Origin: Dhillonvirus LM40P1
Reading direction: 5' to 3' (one strand)
Sequence record: OZ035811.1
Length of the DNA stretch: 45,013 nt
Both the position numbers and the translations under genes were made by a program. The stretch's first letter is position 1. The number at the start of each line of letters is the position of its first letter. Shown one piece after another: positions 27,052 to 36,024 of the stretch. A model generated the notes under the pieces. The model saw nothing but the letters and a program-made list of their open reading frames with translations, made no database searches and had not been told where the DNA came from.

Positions 27052-27502
27052 GCTGCGGATCCAGTGCGTAAAGTGGGATCTGTTTGGCGCTTTCCCACAG
27101 GCGTTTAATCCTTTCCTGCTCGCCTTTACCCATCGGGCGCATGTCCGTACTATAGTTGCCGTTGGTGGTGTCACGCCACGCGATCAGCACCAGGTCTTTA
27201 CGGTCGATCTTCGTTGTTCGGCCTTTCGGACGGACGTATTCTTCAGCACGTTTGCACTGCTCGCGTAGCCCTTCGGCGGTTATCCGGGTGAGCGATACGG
27301 ATGTTGTGTACCCGGTGCGCTGCATAATGGTGATCAGTTCGCCCAGCAGTTCGAAGCGTTCCTCTAATTCCAGCAATTGCTTGTTGGTATCCTGGAATTT
27401 TTTATACATATCTTCGGCGTGGCTACGTGCTTCTTCCGCCTTCTCGCGGGCTTCCAGACACTGTGAAGCCCAGTACGCTTTTTCTTCTTGTAAAATTTTC
27501 AT
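27038..27502 (-). CDS. hypothetical protein
   Basis: ATG at 27502 with GGAGAC SD, TAATG overlap with upstream gene; charged coiled-coil-type N-terminus. Confidence 0.5.
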   Translation of the reverse strand: MKILQEEKAYWASQCLEAREKAEEARSHAEDMYKKFQDTNKQLLELEERFELLGELITIMQRTGYTTSVSLTRITAEGLREQCKRAEEYVRPKGRTTKIDRKDLVLIAWRDTTNGNYSTDMRPMGKGEQERIKRLWESAKQIPLYALDPQHDGE

Positions 27503-27744
27503 TATTTAGTCTCCGTCATGCGAATCTCATTTTGTGGGATAAATTTGCCGTTCATCTCTACCCAGCAGGATCCGTACCGCCACTGGGTGTTACGACCGGT
27601 TTGCTCCGCATACACAGTCACGCATTCGTACTTCTCGAAGTAATACGTGCAGGAGGAAGGCATAATGATGCAAAAAACAACTAATAGCACCATCCACACC
27701 CATAACCGCAAAGCACCGTCGTAATCTAAAAAGAATCGTTTCAT
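27502..27744 (-). CDS. small membrane protein
   Basis: ATG at 27744 with GAGGA SD; hydrophobic helix LRLWVWMVLLVVFCIIM. Confidence 0.45.
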   Translation of the reverse strand: MKRFFLDYDGALRLWVWMVLLVVFCIIMPSSCTYYFEKYECVTVYAEQTGRNTQWRYGSCWVEMNGKFIPQNEIRMTETK

Positions 27745-27791
27745 CGTCAAATCCTCATATTAAAAAAGGGCGTTCCCTTCAGAACACCCCC

Positions 27792-27820
27792 AATATAATG
27801 CAACCAATCTCGCAATGCAA
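27792..27820 (-). promoter_or_regulatory. sigma70-like promoter (TTGCAT-17-TATATT) with ATTGGTTGCA repeats
   Basis: Minus strand ATTGGTTGCATTGCGAGATTGGTTGCATTATATT. Confidence 0.55.
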
Positions 27821-27825
27821 CCAAT

Positions 27826-28149
27826 TTATTCGAAGAAATTTGGGTCGCTCATCACATCCACTAGATAAAGGTTGTTAAGGCGGTTGCCGTAATGGCCTGG
27901 CGTGCGCTGACGGCACACAACAGCGTAACCAGGGGGGATGGTATTTCCGGTCGCCAGAATCCACGCCACGCGCGCGCCGTTTAGTGATTTACCGTTGTAT
28001 TCTATGCGGGTGCCGCCATCTGCAGTGTTAAGGCTGCCAATCTTCTGACCGGTAGAATTGAGACGGATAACACCAGTCTGGCTATCGTAATTAAACAGTT
28101 GTTTGGTCAGTGCTACCGAAAAATCAATTGGATCAAAGATAGTGTTCAT
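27826..28149 (-). CDS. HNH endonuclease-like protein (possibly degenerate)
   Basis: Segment ARVAWILATGNTIPPGYAVV...GHYGNRLNNL resembles the HRLxW...IPxG...DHxNGN...NL pattern of phage HNH proteins. Confidence 0.4.
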   Translation of the reverse strand: MNTIFDPIDFSVALTKQLFNYDSQTGVIRLNSTGQKIGSLNTADGGTRIEYNGKSLNGARVAWILATGNTIPPGYAVVCRQRTPGHYGNRLNNLYLVDVMSDPNFFE

Positions 28150-28862
28150 TTTAAATTTTCCTCATTGACTGCAATTGCGAAGCCGCGCGGTGTGAGCGAC
28201 CTGATTAATTTAGTGCGGGCGGACTTACCACCGAGCAGACTATACTGTTTGGAGTAACCTTTTTCAACAAATACCGGCTTCTTCTCCGGCATCCTGAAGC
28301 CGTTCCCCGTCCATAAGCAAGTCAGCTTCGGATATGAATCACGCGCGTTGATATATTCCGGGAATAGCGGGTGCACATCATCTTCCGGCAGGTAGCCGCC
28401 ATACTCCCACGGGTTAAACGAGTGATCTGGCTTGCGCCACTGGGTGGATAGCACACTGCGCGGATTCTCTATCATATATGGCACTTCGAAGAAGTCACCG
28501 AGAAAGGCCGCTATCTTAGCGGTGCGCACTGCCTTAATCTGGAATGCTGGGTCTTTAGCGCGTTTGCGCGGGAAAGCTGGCGCGCCGCTAACTGCCAGGT
28601 CGGTGCACGGCGGAAAGGCGTAAATAATATCAGGCGTGCCAAACTCACCCTCCATAGCGCGGTCAACGAAGTCCAGATCGATAAACACGTTCTTATAACG
28701 AATGCCGCGCCCGTAAAGCCGGTAGTGATTGTAGGAGCCGTGGTCGGCCCCGTCGAAGTTAAAACAGGTGCACTTATGCCCCATCTCGGCAGCACGCTCG
28801 ATCATAAGGCCGCTGCCGTCGAATAATGACCAGATGTTTAGTATCCTAACTCGCTTATTCAC
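28146..28862 (-). CDS. mini DNA cytosine-C5 methyltransferase-like protein
   Basis: Motif I SLFDGSG, motif IV FPPC (Pro-Cys), motif VI IENP in canonical order and spacing; GTG start overlapping helicase stop (GTGA); only 238 aa. Confidence 0.5.
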   Translation of the reverse strand: MNKRVRILNIWSLFDGSGLMIERAAEMGHKCTCFNFDGADHGSYNHYRLYGRGIRYKNVFIDLDFVDRAMEGEFGTPDIIYAFPPCTDLAVSGAPAFPRKRAKDPAFQIKAVRTAKIAAFLGDFFEVPYMIENPRSVLSTQWRKPDHSFNPWEYGGYLPEDDVHPLFPEYINARDSYPKLTCLWTGNGFRMPEKKPVFVEKGYSKQYSLLGGKSARTKLIRSLTPRGFAIAVNEENLK

Positions 28863-30319
28863 TTGCGGCCCCGCTTCTTCTCTTTCATGTAGTCCATCAG
28901 TTCATCCTGGATGTCGCGCTTACCATCACGGCGGCTTGCCACTAACTCGTCGAGCGTGCCGCGGGCCTGGATAATGTAGACGAATACCGGGCGCGGGTGT
29001 CCGGCCTGCATCTGGCGCACCGGTCCGATACGTTCGACGATCTGCGCGAAGTGCTCAAAGTTCCACGTATCCGAGAAGATAGCGAGGTGGTGTCCGCCGT
29101 CCTGTAAGTTAAGACCGTGGCCTGCCGATGCCGGGTGTGCAAACATGATCGGAATCTCGCCCCGGTTCCACGCTTCCATATCCTTAACGCCTTGCTTGCC
29201 CTTACCCATTGCGACACCCTGCGGGAATTTCTTCTTAAGGCGGGCTAGGTCGTGCTTGTACTGGTAGGCCACAAGCAGCGGTGCGCCGTTAAGTTCTTCT
29301 ACGATACTTTCCAGGGCGTCAAGTTTGGCGTCGTGGATTTTCTCCCACTCGTCGGTCCGCTCGCCGTCGTCGTCAACCTTATACACAGCGCCAGATGCAA
29401 GCTGGAGGCATTTAATCGTCTTAGCGGCAGCGTTGGCGGCCTCCACTGTTCCGCTTTCCAATTCGGCGAATAGCTCGCTTTCAAACTGGTCGTAGATCTT
29501 GCGGGCTTTCTTCGGTAGGTCTACCAGTACCGGCGTATAGATCGGCTTGTCGCAACCGAAGTATTCAGCCGCGTCAACGGTTAGCGAAATGTCAGCCAGC
29601 TTTGCGTGAATCTCTTTTTCGGAGTTTTTCAGCGGGGCGTGCTGCATAGTGAAGCTGCCAGGTGCAACCGGTTTACTGATAAACCAGCGGTCGGTGAATG
29701 CCTTATAGCTACTGCCGAGGCGTTCGCCACCGTCAACAAACCAGTTTTGCCCCCACACGTCCTTAAGCCCGTTTGGTGCTGGCGTGCCCGTCAGGTTAAT
29801 CCAGCGCTTGACGTGCTTATGTGCGATCGCCGCCAGGGCGCGTGCGCGTTTACTCCCCTGCGTGCTGCGATATCCTTTCAGCTTAGTTGATTCATCGGCA
29901 ACAACGACCGTAAAGGGCCATTCCTCTCCGCAATAGTTCACAAGCCACTCAACCACATCATAATTCACGCACACGACGTTAGCGCCGCTCTCAAGCGCTG
30001 TAATGCGGTCCTTCTCTGGTCCCGTGCCGTCCACCACCTGAAGCGATGAGAATCCCCATTTATCTTGTTCCGGGGGCCACGTACCGGACGCAACGCGCAA
30101 CGGGGCCAGCACCAGCACGCGGTCTTCTCCGTGGTTCAGTATGCCGGTCTGGAACATTTTGTTCAGCGCCCACATGGTAGCGCCAGTCTTTCCCGATCCC
30201 ATCGTCGCCCAGATATTACAGCGGGCGTGTTTAATGATGAAAGACGTGATTAACTTCTGGTACTCGCGCCTGCGAAAACGTGCCATCTTGTTACGCCTTT
30301 TTCCAGACTTCTGTTTCAT
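28859..30319 (-). CDS. SNF2-family ATP-dependent helicase
   Basis: DExx box VVADEST, motif III LTGTPAPNG, C-terminal helicase motif HGLNLQDGG; start at 30319 (GAGGAA SD), alternative 30286. Confidence 0.75.
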   Translation of the reverse strand: MKQKSGKRRNKMARFRRREYQKLITSFIIKHARCNIWATMGSGKTGATMWALNKMFQTGILNHGEDRVLVLAPLRVASGTWPPEQDKWGFSSLQVVDGTGPEKDRITALESGANVVCVNYDVVEWLVNYCGEEWPFTVVVADESTKLKGYRSTQGSKRARALAAIAHKHVKRWINLTGTPAPNGLKDVWGQNWFVDGGERLGSSYKAFTDRWFISKPVAPGSFTMQHAPLKNSEKEIHAKLADISLTVDAAEYFGCDKPIYTPVLVDLPKKARKIYDQFESELFAELESGTVEAANAAAKTIKCLQLASGAVYKVDDDGERTDEWEKIHDAKLDALESIVEELNGAPLLVAYQYKHDLARLKKKFPQGVAMGKGKQGVKDMEAWNRGEIPIMFAHPASAGHGLNLQDGGHHLAIFSDTWNFEHFAQIVERIGPVRQMQAGHPRPVFVYIIQARGTLDELVASRRDGKRDIQDELMDYMKEKKRGRK

Positions 30320-30512
30320 GGTGCCAATTCCTCGTCGTAGCGGTCCAGTTAAATTCGTGCCCCACATGCACGCCGGTCGCCCGGAAGCCTTTAAACTTCT
30401 GCCAGCACACAGTTAACGGCAGCGGCTCGCGCATTGCGGCGATATACCATACGCGATCGCCGGGTTTGCAGTCGCCCAGTGTGGTAAGGCGGTAATGTTC
30501 TTTCATCGTCAT
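30291..30512 (-). CDS. hypothetical small protein (KPGDRVW motif)
   Basis: ATG at 30512 with GGAGAC SD; 73 aa. Confidence 0.45.
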   Translation of the reverse strand: MTMKEHYRLTTLGDCKPGDRVWYIAAMREPLPLTVCWQKFKGFRATGVHVGHEFNWTATTRNWHHETEVWKKA

Positions 30513-30548
30513 GTCTCCAAAAAAGGCGGGACTAGCCCGCCATGTTGA

Positions 30549-30722
30549 TTATTCGCGTTCTTCACGATAGCGGCGCTGCCGTTCTCGTTCGGCCTTGTTA
30601 CGGCACGATTTACACTGCGCACGATACCCGTCGGGGCTACGTGCTGTTTTGCCAGTGTACTTATGAAATTGCGATAGCGGTTTAACACAGCCGCATTGGC
30701 TGCAACGTTTTTCTTCAATCAT
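30549..30722 (-). CDS. zinc-ribbon protein
   Basis: CSQCG...CKSCRNK Cys pairs; ATG at 30722 with ACGAGG SD. Confidence 0.4.
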   Translation of the reverse strand: MIEEKRCSQCGCVKPLSQFHKYTGKTARSPDGYRAQCKSCRNKAERERQRRYREERE

Positions 30723-30752
30723 CTTAAATGCCTCGTTAGTCCTAACCTGCAC

Positions 30753-30781
30753 ACTATAACTTTATGCGACCAATTCCGCAA
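30753..30781 (-). promoter_or_regulatory. sigma70-like promoter variant (TTGCGG-17-TATAGT) with ATTGGTTGC/ATTGGTCGC repeats
   Basis: Minus strand ATTGGTTGCGGAATTGGTCGCATAAAGTTATAGT. Confidence 0.4.
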
Positions 30782-31040
30782 CCAATAAATCAGCGTCGTG
30801 AATGTTGTCGATTACGCGAACGTCGGCCCCGCGCTTCGCCATGCGCTCATGTTCACGTACCTGGTGCGGCTTCGGCTTACCACCGGGGCGCTTCACTTCA
30901 ACGAATACGACTCTGCCGTTGATGATGATAATCAGGTCGGGCGCGCCGGTACGCCCTTCCCATGCCATTTTACGGCAGAATCCACCTGCCTCTTTTACCT
31001 CTTTCATCAGGTGACTTTGCACCTTGCCTTCAGGAGTCAT
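30762..31040 (-). CDS. VRR-NUC domain nuclease
   Basis: Segment VFVEVKRPGGKPKPHQVREHERMAKRGADV matches the VRR-NUC E.K...Q pattern; TAATG coupling to polymerase gene. Confidence 0.65.
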   Translation of the reverse strand: MTPEGKVQSHLMKEVKEAGGFCRKMAWEGRTGAPDLIIIINGRVVFVEVKRPGGKPKPHQVREHERMAKRGADVRVIDNIHDADLLVAELVA

Positions 31041-33328
31041 TATTTTCTGTACCTGTACATTATGTCGCCTTCAGCGGCGAGCGGGAAGCCCTTAGCCCAC
31101 ACCGGCAGATCGCACATTAACCGGCATAACTCTTCGGTCGTGTAATCGTCCGTGTCCGGCACTTCGGTGATTAATTCATCGTGCACCGACAGGACGATTT
31201 CGTATCCCGCCGCTTCGACGCCAGGCATTGCCCATGCGAGAATATCGCGGCACAGCGCCTGCACGATGTTCTCCGTCAGTTTGCCGCCGTAGGTGTACTG
31301 GAAGCCCCACTGGCGCGTCGTCTGATTCTCGCCCTGATATTTAATGCGGGTGCTGGTTTTCTTCTTGCCAGTATCCTCATCGATTTCAGTCGTGACAGAC
31401 AGCGCAATCCCCGGATAGCTCATGATACGACCGGACGGCAACTCCACTTTCAACCACCAGCCTGGCGCGTCCGGGTCGTCCCGCTCATCGTCAAACGTAG
31501 GGTCGTGCTTCGCCTTCGTGCGCATGATTTTAAGCGCCTGTTTGCCGTCTGGACGCACGTTAGCACCGGCCCAGTATGATTTGCCCGGATTGCGGATTGC
31601 GCACAGCACAGCGTCTTCCAGTTCGGCCCAGAATCTAACCGTTTCCGGGTGGGACTCACGCCACATACGCTTGATCGCATCGCAGGTAAGCCACACGTTC
31701 TTCGGCAGGATGTAAGTCGGTCGCTCGTCTTTCTTGCCAGGCTTCGGCGGACGCTTCGCTTCATTAATCCTCGCGTACTCGTACCCGCGTTTCGCTGCGG
31801 CCCATATGTGATCCGGGAACGTGCCTTTCATCACGTCTGCCATCGCATACAGGTCAAGACCAAGGTTTTTGGCAAACTGCAAGAACGCCGCAACGCCACC
31901 ACCATAGCCGAGGCCCAATTCACAGGCCTTACCGATCTGGCGGAGGTCTTTGCGGTTGGCCTTGATATAATCCGGGTCGAGGCCGAACATCTTACCGGCA
32001 GTTTCGCAATAAATATCGCGTCCCGCCTTAAAGACCATCAACGCAGTTTTCTCGCCCGCAATCCAGGCAAGGCCGCGTCCTTCCACGTTGGAGTAGTCCG
32101 CTACAACAAACTTCTTACCCTTAGCCGGGATAATGCAGCCGCGTACGGTCGATGCTGTCAGCTTAGATATGTCGTACGCCCAGTGTGCGGTCCCGCGTAA
32201 TAGGGAATTGATGCCGTTGGTTAGCATGTGCGACCGGACCCAAAACGACACGTCGCTTTCACCATCACGGCGCTTGATCTTGCCTTCGTGGTCGTCGCTG
32301 TACTCGCCACGCGCCAGGTTTTGAGGCTGAAAACCTTTACCGGCCCAGCGCAATGTTCGTTTAGCACCACCATACTGAAGACAACCACGGCGGCGACCGT
32401 CAGACGACAGACCGTTAACGAGCGGATTGTATTTGGTCGACGCCGTTGATGACGCACCGAGGCGCATTTCAATCAGAACTTTGCCCTCGTCCGGGAAGTC
32501 CGGGTCTTCCAGCAAATCATTCAGTGTGGATTTCTGCGCGTTATGGATAGTGAAAGCTGGCGCAATATCTCGTAACAACGGCAGGAAATCATTTCCGGTC
32601 AGCTTACCGCCAAACTTCTCCATCGCTTCTTCTTTCAGTTCTTCCTTGTGCGCTTCAACGGCCTTGATGGCGGCGTAGGCCAGTTCGGTGTCCACGTTGA
32701 AGCCGCGGTCGTTGATCAACTGGTCAATTGCCAGTATCTGGTCTTCCTTCGGAGTATTACCCCAATCCGGGATACGCCAGTATACTTCACGCATCGCGAT
32801 AATATCGAAGCGTGCATACTTGAGGAATTTGGCCCACTCTTCCGGGTGAGTCTCGCGAGTGTAGCGACGGACTTTGTAAGTCTTCGGCGTTGGCTTACAG
32901 AATCGCTTAATCAGCGCCTTGCCCGCTTTATCTTTCGCATGTTCAGCGTCAACGCCCAATACCTGGCATTGCATGTCAAGGCTGCCGGGGAGGGCGTGGC
33001 GGAAGGCCATAATCATGGTGTCTTCGATCTGGCAAACCGGCAGGTCAATACCCCACTTCTCACGGATAACCAGGCGGTCAAACAGGAGGCCGTTAGCCAT
33101 TACGATTTTTGCTTTCTTGCGGACTACCGCACGCAATGCCTTACGCAGTTCACTCGGCATCTTCGGCGATTCAGTAGCGTCCCACGTCTGAACACGGCCT
33201 TCATCAATGGCGTAGGTGCAGATCATGATTTCCGTGGTTGGGTGTTCTGCATACGCGTATGCGCCGACCTTCTTCAGATCAACGCCGCTAAACGTTTCGG
33301 TATCGAGGAATAGTCGTTCGAAGTTCAT
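31040..33328 (-). CDS. DNA polymerase I (family A) with 3'-5' exonuclease domain
   Basis: Exo motif LFLDTETFSG; pol motif A DYSNVEGR, motif B RQIGKACELGLGYGGG, motif C VHDELI; start at Met 42 of listed ORF (ATGA overlap). Confidence 0.85.
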   Translation of the reverse strand: MNFERLFLDTETFSGVDLKKVGAYAYAEHPTTEIMICTYAIDEGRVQTWDATESPKMPSELRKALRAVVRKKAKIVMANGLLFDRLVIREKWGIDLPVCQIEDTMIMAFRHALPGSLDMQCQVLGVDAEHAKDKAGKALIKRFCKPTPKTYKVRRYTRETHPEEWAKFLKYARFDIIAMREVYWRIPDWGNTPKEDQILAIDQLINDRGFNVDTELAYAAIKAVEAHKEELKEEAMEKFGGKLTGNDFLPLLRDIAPAFTIHNAQKSTLNDLLEDPDFPDEGKVLIEMRLGASSTASTKYNPLVNGLSSDGRRRGCLQYGGAKRTLRWAGKGFQPQNLARGEYSDDHEGKIKRRDGESDVSFWVRSHMLTNGINSLLRGTAHWAYDISKLTASTVRGCIIPAKGKKFVVADYSNVEGRGLAWIAGEKTALMVFKAGRDIYCETAGKMFGLDPDYIKANRKDLRQIGKACELGLGYGGGVAAFLQFAKNLGLDLYAMADVMKGTFPDHIWAAAKRGYEYARINEAKRPPKPGKKDERPTYILPKNVWLTCDAIKRMWRESHPETVRFWAELEDAVLCAIRNPGKSYWAGANVRPDGKQALKIMRTKAKHDPTFDDERDDPDAPGWWLKVELPSGRIMSYPGIALSVTTEIDEDTGKKKTSTRIKYQGENQTTRQWGFQYTYGGKLTENIVQALCRDILAWAMPGVEAAGYEIVLSVHDELITEVPDTDDYTTEELCRLMCDLPVWAKGFPLAAEGDIMYRYRK

Positions 33329-33495
33329 TGTTTCACCCTTACCACGGCCTCGGCGTCCCCTTTCAGAGAGTAGATGCCGTCGGTTATTGTGATTATGTCG
33401 TCGTTCTGTTTCACTTCGGCAACCGTGAAGTATTCGCCCAGGAATTTGGACCACACGCGCATTCCCGGTTTCACATCTTTAGCTTTAATTCTCAT
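33325..33495 (-). CDS. small protein (56 aa, KPGMRVW motif), unlisted short ORF
   Basis: ATG at 33495 with AGGACA SD; stop overlaps polymerase ATG; shares KPGxRVW with the 30291-30512 product. Confidence 0.4.
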   Translation of the reverse strand: MRIKAKDVKPGMRVWSKFLGEYFTVAEVKQNDDIITITDGIYSLKGDAEAVVRVKQ

Positions 33496-33507
33496 TACAT
33501 TGTCCTA

Positions 33508-33533
33508 TGAAAAAGCCCGCATAAAGCGGGCTT
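33508..33533 (-). terminator. intra-operon rho-independent terminator / attenuator
   Basis: On minus strand AGCCCGC ttta TGCGGGCT followed by TTTTT. Confidence 0.45.
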
Positions 33534-33551
33534 GAGTAGTGGGCTTTGCCC

Positions 33552-34271
33552 TTAGCGGCGTCGACGTTTACGTGGTGCTTCGTCTTCGTCATCGTCGTCA
33601 TCTTCATCACGGCGGCGCTTAGACTTGCGCGGTTTTTCATCTTCATCATCGTCGTCACGACGTTTTGACTTTTTGGATTTACGCGGTGCTTCGTCTTCGT
33701 CATCATCCAGGTCGTCGTCAGAGCAATATGCACCGCCGCCGCCACCGAAGGAATCCCCATCATCACGGAAGCGCATACCCAGCAGACCACAGCCTAAGCC
33801 TTTGCCGTTGGTATTGTTCCAGGCCCAAATATCTAAGGAAACGTTGCAATAGCAACCGGAATAGATTTCCTTCCCTTCGATTTCGTCGCCGTCGATGGTC
33901 AGACCCTGCTCCGTCTGCTTCTCGCCTTCGGAAGTCTGGATGATCGGCTGTTTGAATGATTTAGCGTTGATATACAGCTTACCTTCAAACTCTTCCGTTA
34001 CTTCTTCACGCTCATCTCCATCTCGAACGGCACATTCTTTCGAATCCTGCGCGTAGTGGCGGTCCATCCACTTATCGGCGTTCTTCTCAGACTTCAGTTT
34101 TTCGGTGAGCACTGCGCGTGCCGCCGCTTCCACTTTGTCCACCTGCGGATCTTCTTTATCAAGAATAATCACCGCACGATATGCCGGTTTTTGTCCATCC
34201 TGTTTAGGGGTATCACGCTCCCAAATTTTCAGGAAGCATACACGTACATTTTTCAGGTTGACTTTAGCCAT
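33552..34271 (-). CDS. putative ssDNA-binding protein with repetitive charged C-terminal tail
   Basis: ATG at 34271 with GAGGAA SD; T7 gp2.5-like overall layout; three tandem DDDEDEAPRKSKRRR-type units at C-terminus. Confidence 0.4.
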   Translation of the reverse strand: MAKVNLKNVRVCFLKIWERDTPKQDGQKPAYRAVIILDKEDPQVDKVEAAARAVLTEKLKSEKNADKWMDRHYAQDSKECAVRDGDEREEVTEEFEGKLYINAKSFKQPIIQTSEGEKQTEQGLTIDGDEIEGKEIYSGCYCNVSLDIWAWNNTNGKGLGCGLLGMRFRDDGDSFGGGGGAYCSDDDLDDDEDEAPRKSKKSKRRDDDDEDEKPRKSKRRRDEDDDDDEDEAPRKRRRR

Positions 34272-34367
34272 TTTCCAATTCCTCATTTCACATGTATCGG
34301 GGTTATTAGAAGCCACCCCGTCCGGCTTGGTTGCTAATGTACTTGGTTGCGTTTCCGCGGTCAAGTG

Positions 34368-34601
34368 TTATTTATCAAAAAGTTTTAAAATCAGGTCGAG
34401 ATATTTGTGCAGCCACACCAGTGGAGGGCGGTGCACGTTGTTTTCCATCCAGTTCAAACAGGCTTCGTTATAGCCGTCGTCCCATAAGCGGGATGGGTGG
34501 CGAATCATCCAGGCCAGCGCCAGCAGACCGCCGCAGGTATGTACTACGAATCCCAGCGCCGCAAGCGGCAGCACCATAATCATTGCCATAATCTTATTCA
34601 T
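34368..34601 (-). CDS. small membrane protein
   Basis: ATG at 34601 with GAGGAT SD; hydrophobic helix IMAMIMVLPLAALGFVV. Confidence 0.4.
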   Translation of the reverse strand: MNKIMAMIMVLPLAALGFVVHTCGGLLALAWMIRHPSRLWDDGYNEACLNWMENNVHRPPLVWLHKYLDLILKLFDK

Positions 34602-36024
34602 CGCCCAAATCCTCGTCGCTTGCTTCTTGCCATTCCGGGCGCGGGTCGTCAACTGGTGCCAGGACCGGTTTCGCCGGCGCACGCGTGATTTTATCTTGCA
34701 GTTTCGCCCACACTTTCGGTTTCTCATCCTTCAGCACCTTCTCGGCATCAGTAGGGCTGATTAATGATTCCTTGTACATCAGGTCGCGCTTGATCCGGGC
34801 CGTTGTGAATACAGCGATAACTTCGCTTTCATCCTTCCACTTACGCGCACCTTCACGACCAGCTACCAGCTTCAGGCCCAGCGCTTCGCCGTCACCGGCT
34901 AACACTGCTTTGAATACGGCAGCCTCGATCGCTTTGATGTGCTGGCGCATGGTTTCCAGGCCGTCGTAAGCCTTCTTCAGTTCTTCCGTGGTCATAGCAC
35001 CGGCTGGCGCTTCTTTCTTTCCACGCTTCGCACGTCGGGCAGCTTTCCGGGCTTCGAGGTCCATGTTCTGGTCGTGGTTTTTGCATTCTTCCTCGGCGGC
35101 AATGCTTACATCGTCGCCCAGGTCTTCGTCGGTTGCCGTTGGTGGCGTCATTGTGTCGATGGCGGCTTTAGCGCGGGCACTACATTGGTCCGCAAATCGA
35201 CACCACTGACACGCATCGGCGCTCGGACGGAAGTCTGCACGGGTGAGATTCTTCTTACCCTTAGCGAGGGCATCCAGGGCGGCTACTGCGCGTTTTGCCG
35301 CGTACTTGGCGAAGATTTCCAGTGCTTCCACTGAAATATCCCACTCCGATGCACCGCCGCAATACGGCTGGAAGATGACCAGGCGAACGGTGGTAATGTC
35401 GTACATCTTTTGCAGCTTGCGCAGCAGGCCGAGCGCATACAGCATAAGCTGTTTGTTCTCTTTCGCCTCGACCTTATGGCGTCCGGTCTTCAGGTCGCCC
35501 ACAATGAGCATGTACGTGCCGTCGGTCTTCTTCATGACCATAACCATATCGGCAGTACCGAAGGTCTTGATCGCTTCGCCGTCAATCTCGTAGCCTTTGT
35601 GCAGGACGCGAGTCAGATCCGCGCGCATCTCAAGCTGCACAAACTCGGCAACTTCAAGCAGCGGTCGCCAGTGGTCGATGTACGCGTCGCACTGTTTCAC
35701 CATGTCGTCAGTTACCAGGATGGCGTCCTTAGGTGCTTTCGCTGCTGCTTTAACTGGTCCTTTACCCTGATTTTCGACGTAGCACCCTTTATATGTCTTC
35801 GCCGTGATGTGGTCTTCGCCTGCAATGATGCGGTTTAGTACCACTTCAGATACGGTGTGCATACTCGTACCGTTGATCGCGGCTTGCCCGGATTCGTTCG
35901 GAATACCTTTCTCCACCACCAGGGCGGCGGGACACCCCATCCATTTTTTAGCGCCGGATGGGCCGAGTAATGAGTGTTCTGTGTTACTGCCGGATTGCGT
36001 CTTGCGCTTCGCTTTGATAGCCAT
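34594..36024 (-). CDS. PD-(D/E)XK exonuclease (RecB/Cas4-like) with C-terminal Cys cluster
   Basis: GTADMVMV...IVGDLKTG...EAKENKQLMLYALG nuclease core and CQWCRFADQC cluster. Confidence 0.6.
   Translation of the reverse strand: MAIKAKRKTQSGSNTEHSLLGPSGAKKWMGCPAALVVEKGIPNESGQAAINGTSMHTVSEVVLNRIIAGEDHITAKTYKGCYVENQGKGPVKAAAKAPKDAILVTDDMVKQCDAYIDHWRPLLEVAEFVQLEMRADLTRVLHKGYEIDGEAIKTFGTADMVMVMKKTDGTYMLIVGDLKTGRHKVEAKENKQLMLYALGLLRKLQKMYDITTVRLVIFQPYCGGASEWDISVEALEIFAKYAAKRAVAALDALAKGKKNLTRADFRPSADACQWCRFADQCSARAKAAIDTMTPPTATDEDLGDDVSIAAEEECKNHDQNMDLEARKAARRAKRGKKEAPAGAMTTEELKKAYDGLETMRQHIKAIEAAVFKAVLAGDGEALGLKLVAGREGARKWKDESEVIAVFTTARIKRDLMYKESLISPTDAEKVLKDEKPKVWAKLQDKITRAPAKPVLAPVDDPRPEWQEASDEDLGDE

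Noticed and set aside
30319-30367. Longer N-terminal extension of the SNF2 helicase (start at 30367) and of the polymerase (start at 33454)
   Set aside because: The upstream in-frame extensions lack an SD and overlap neighbouring genes. Internal Met codons with SD and ATGA/TAATG coupling are more plausible.
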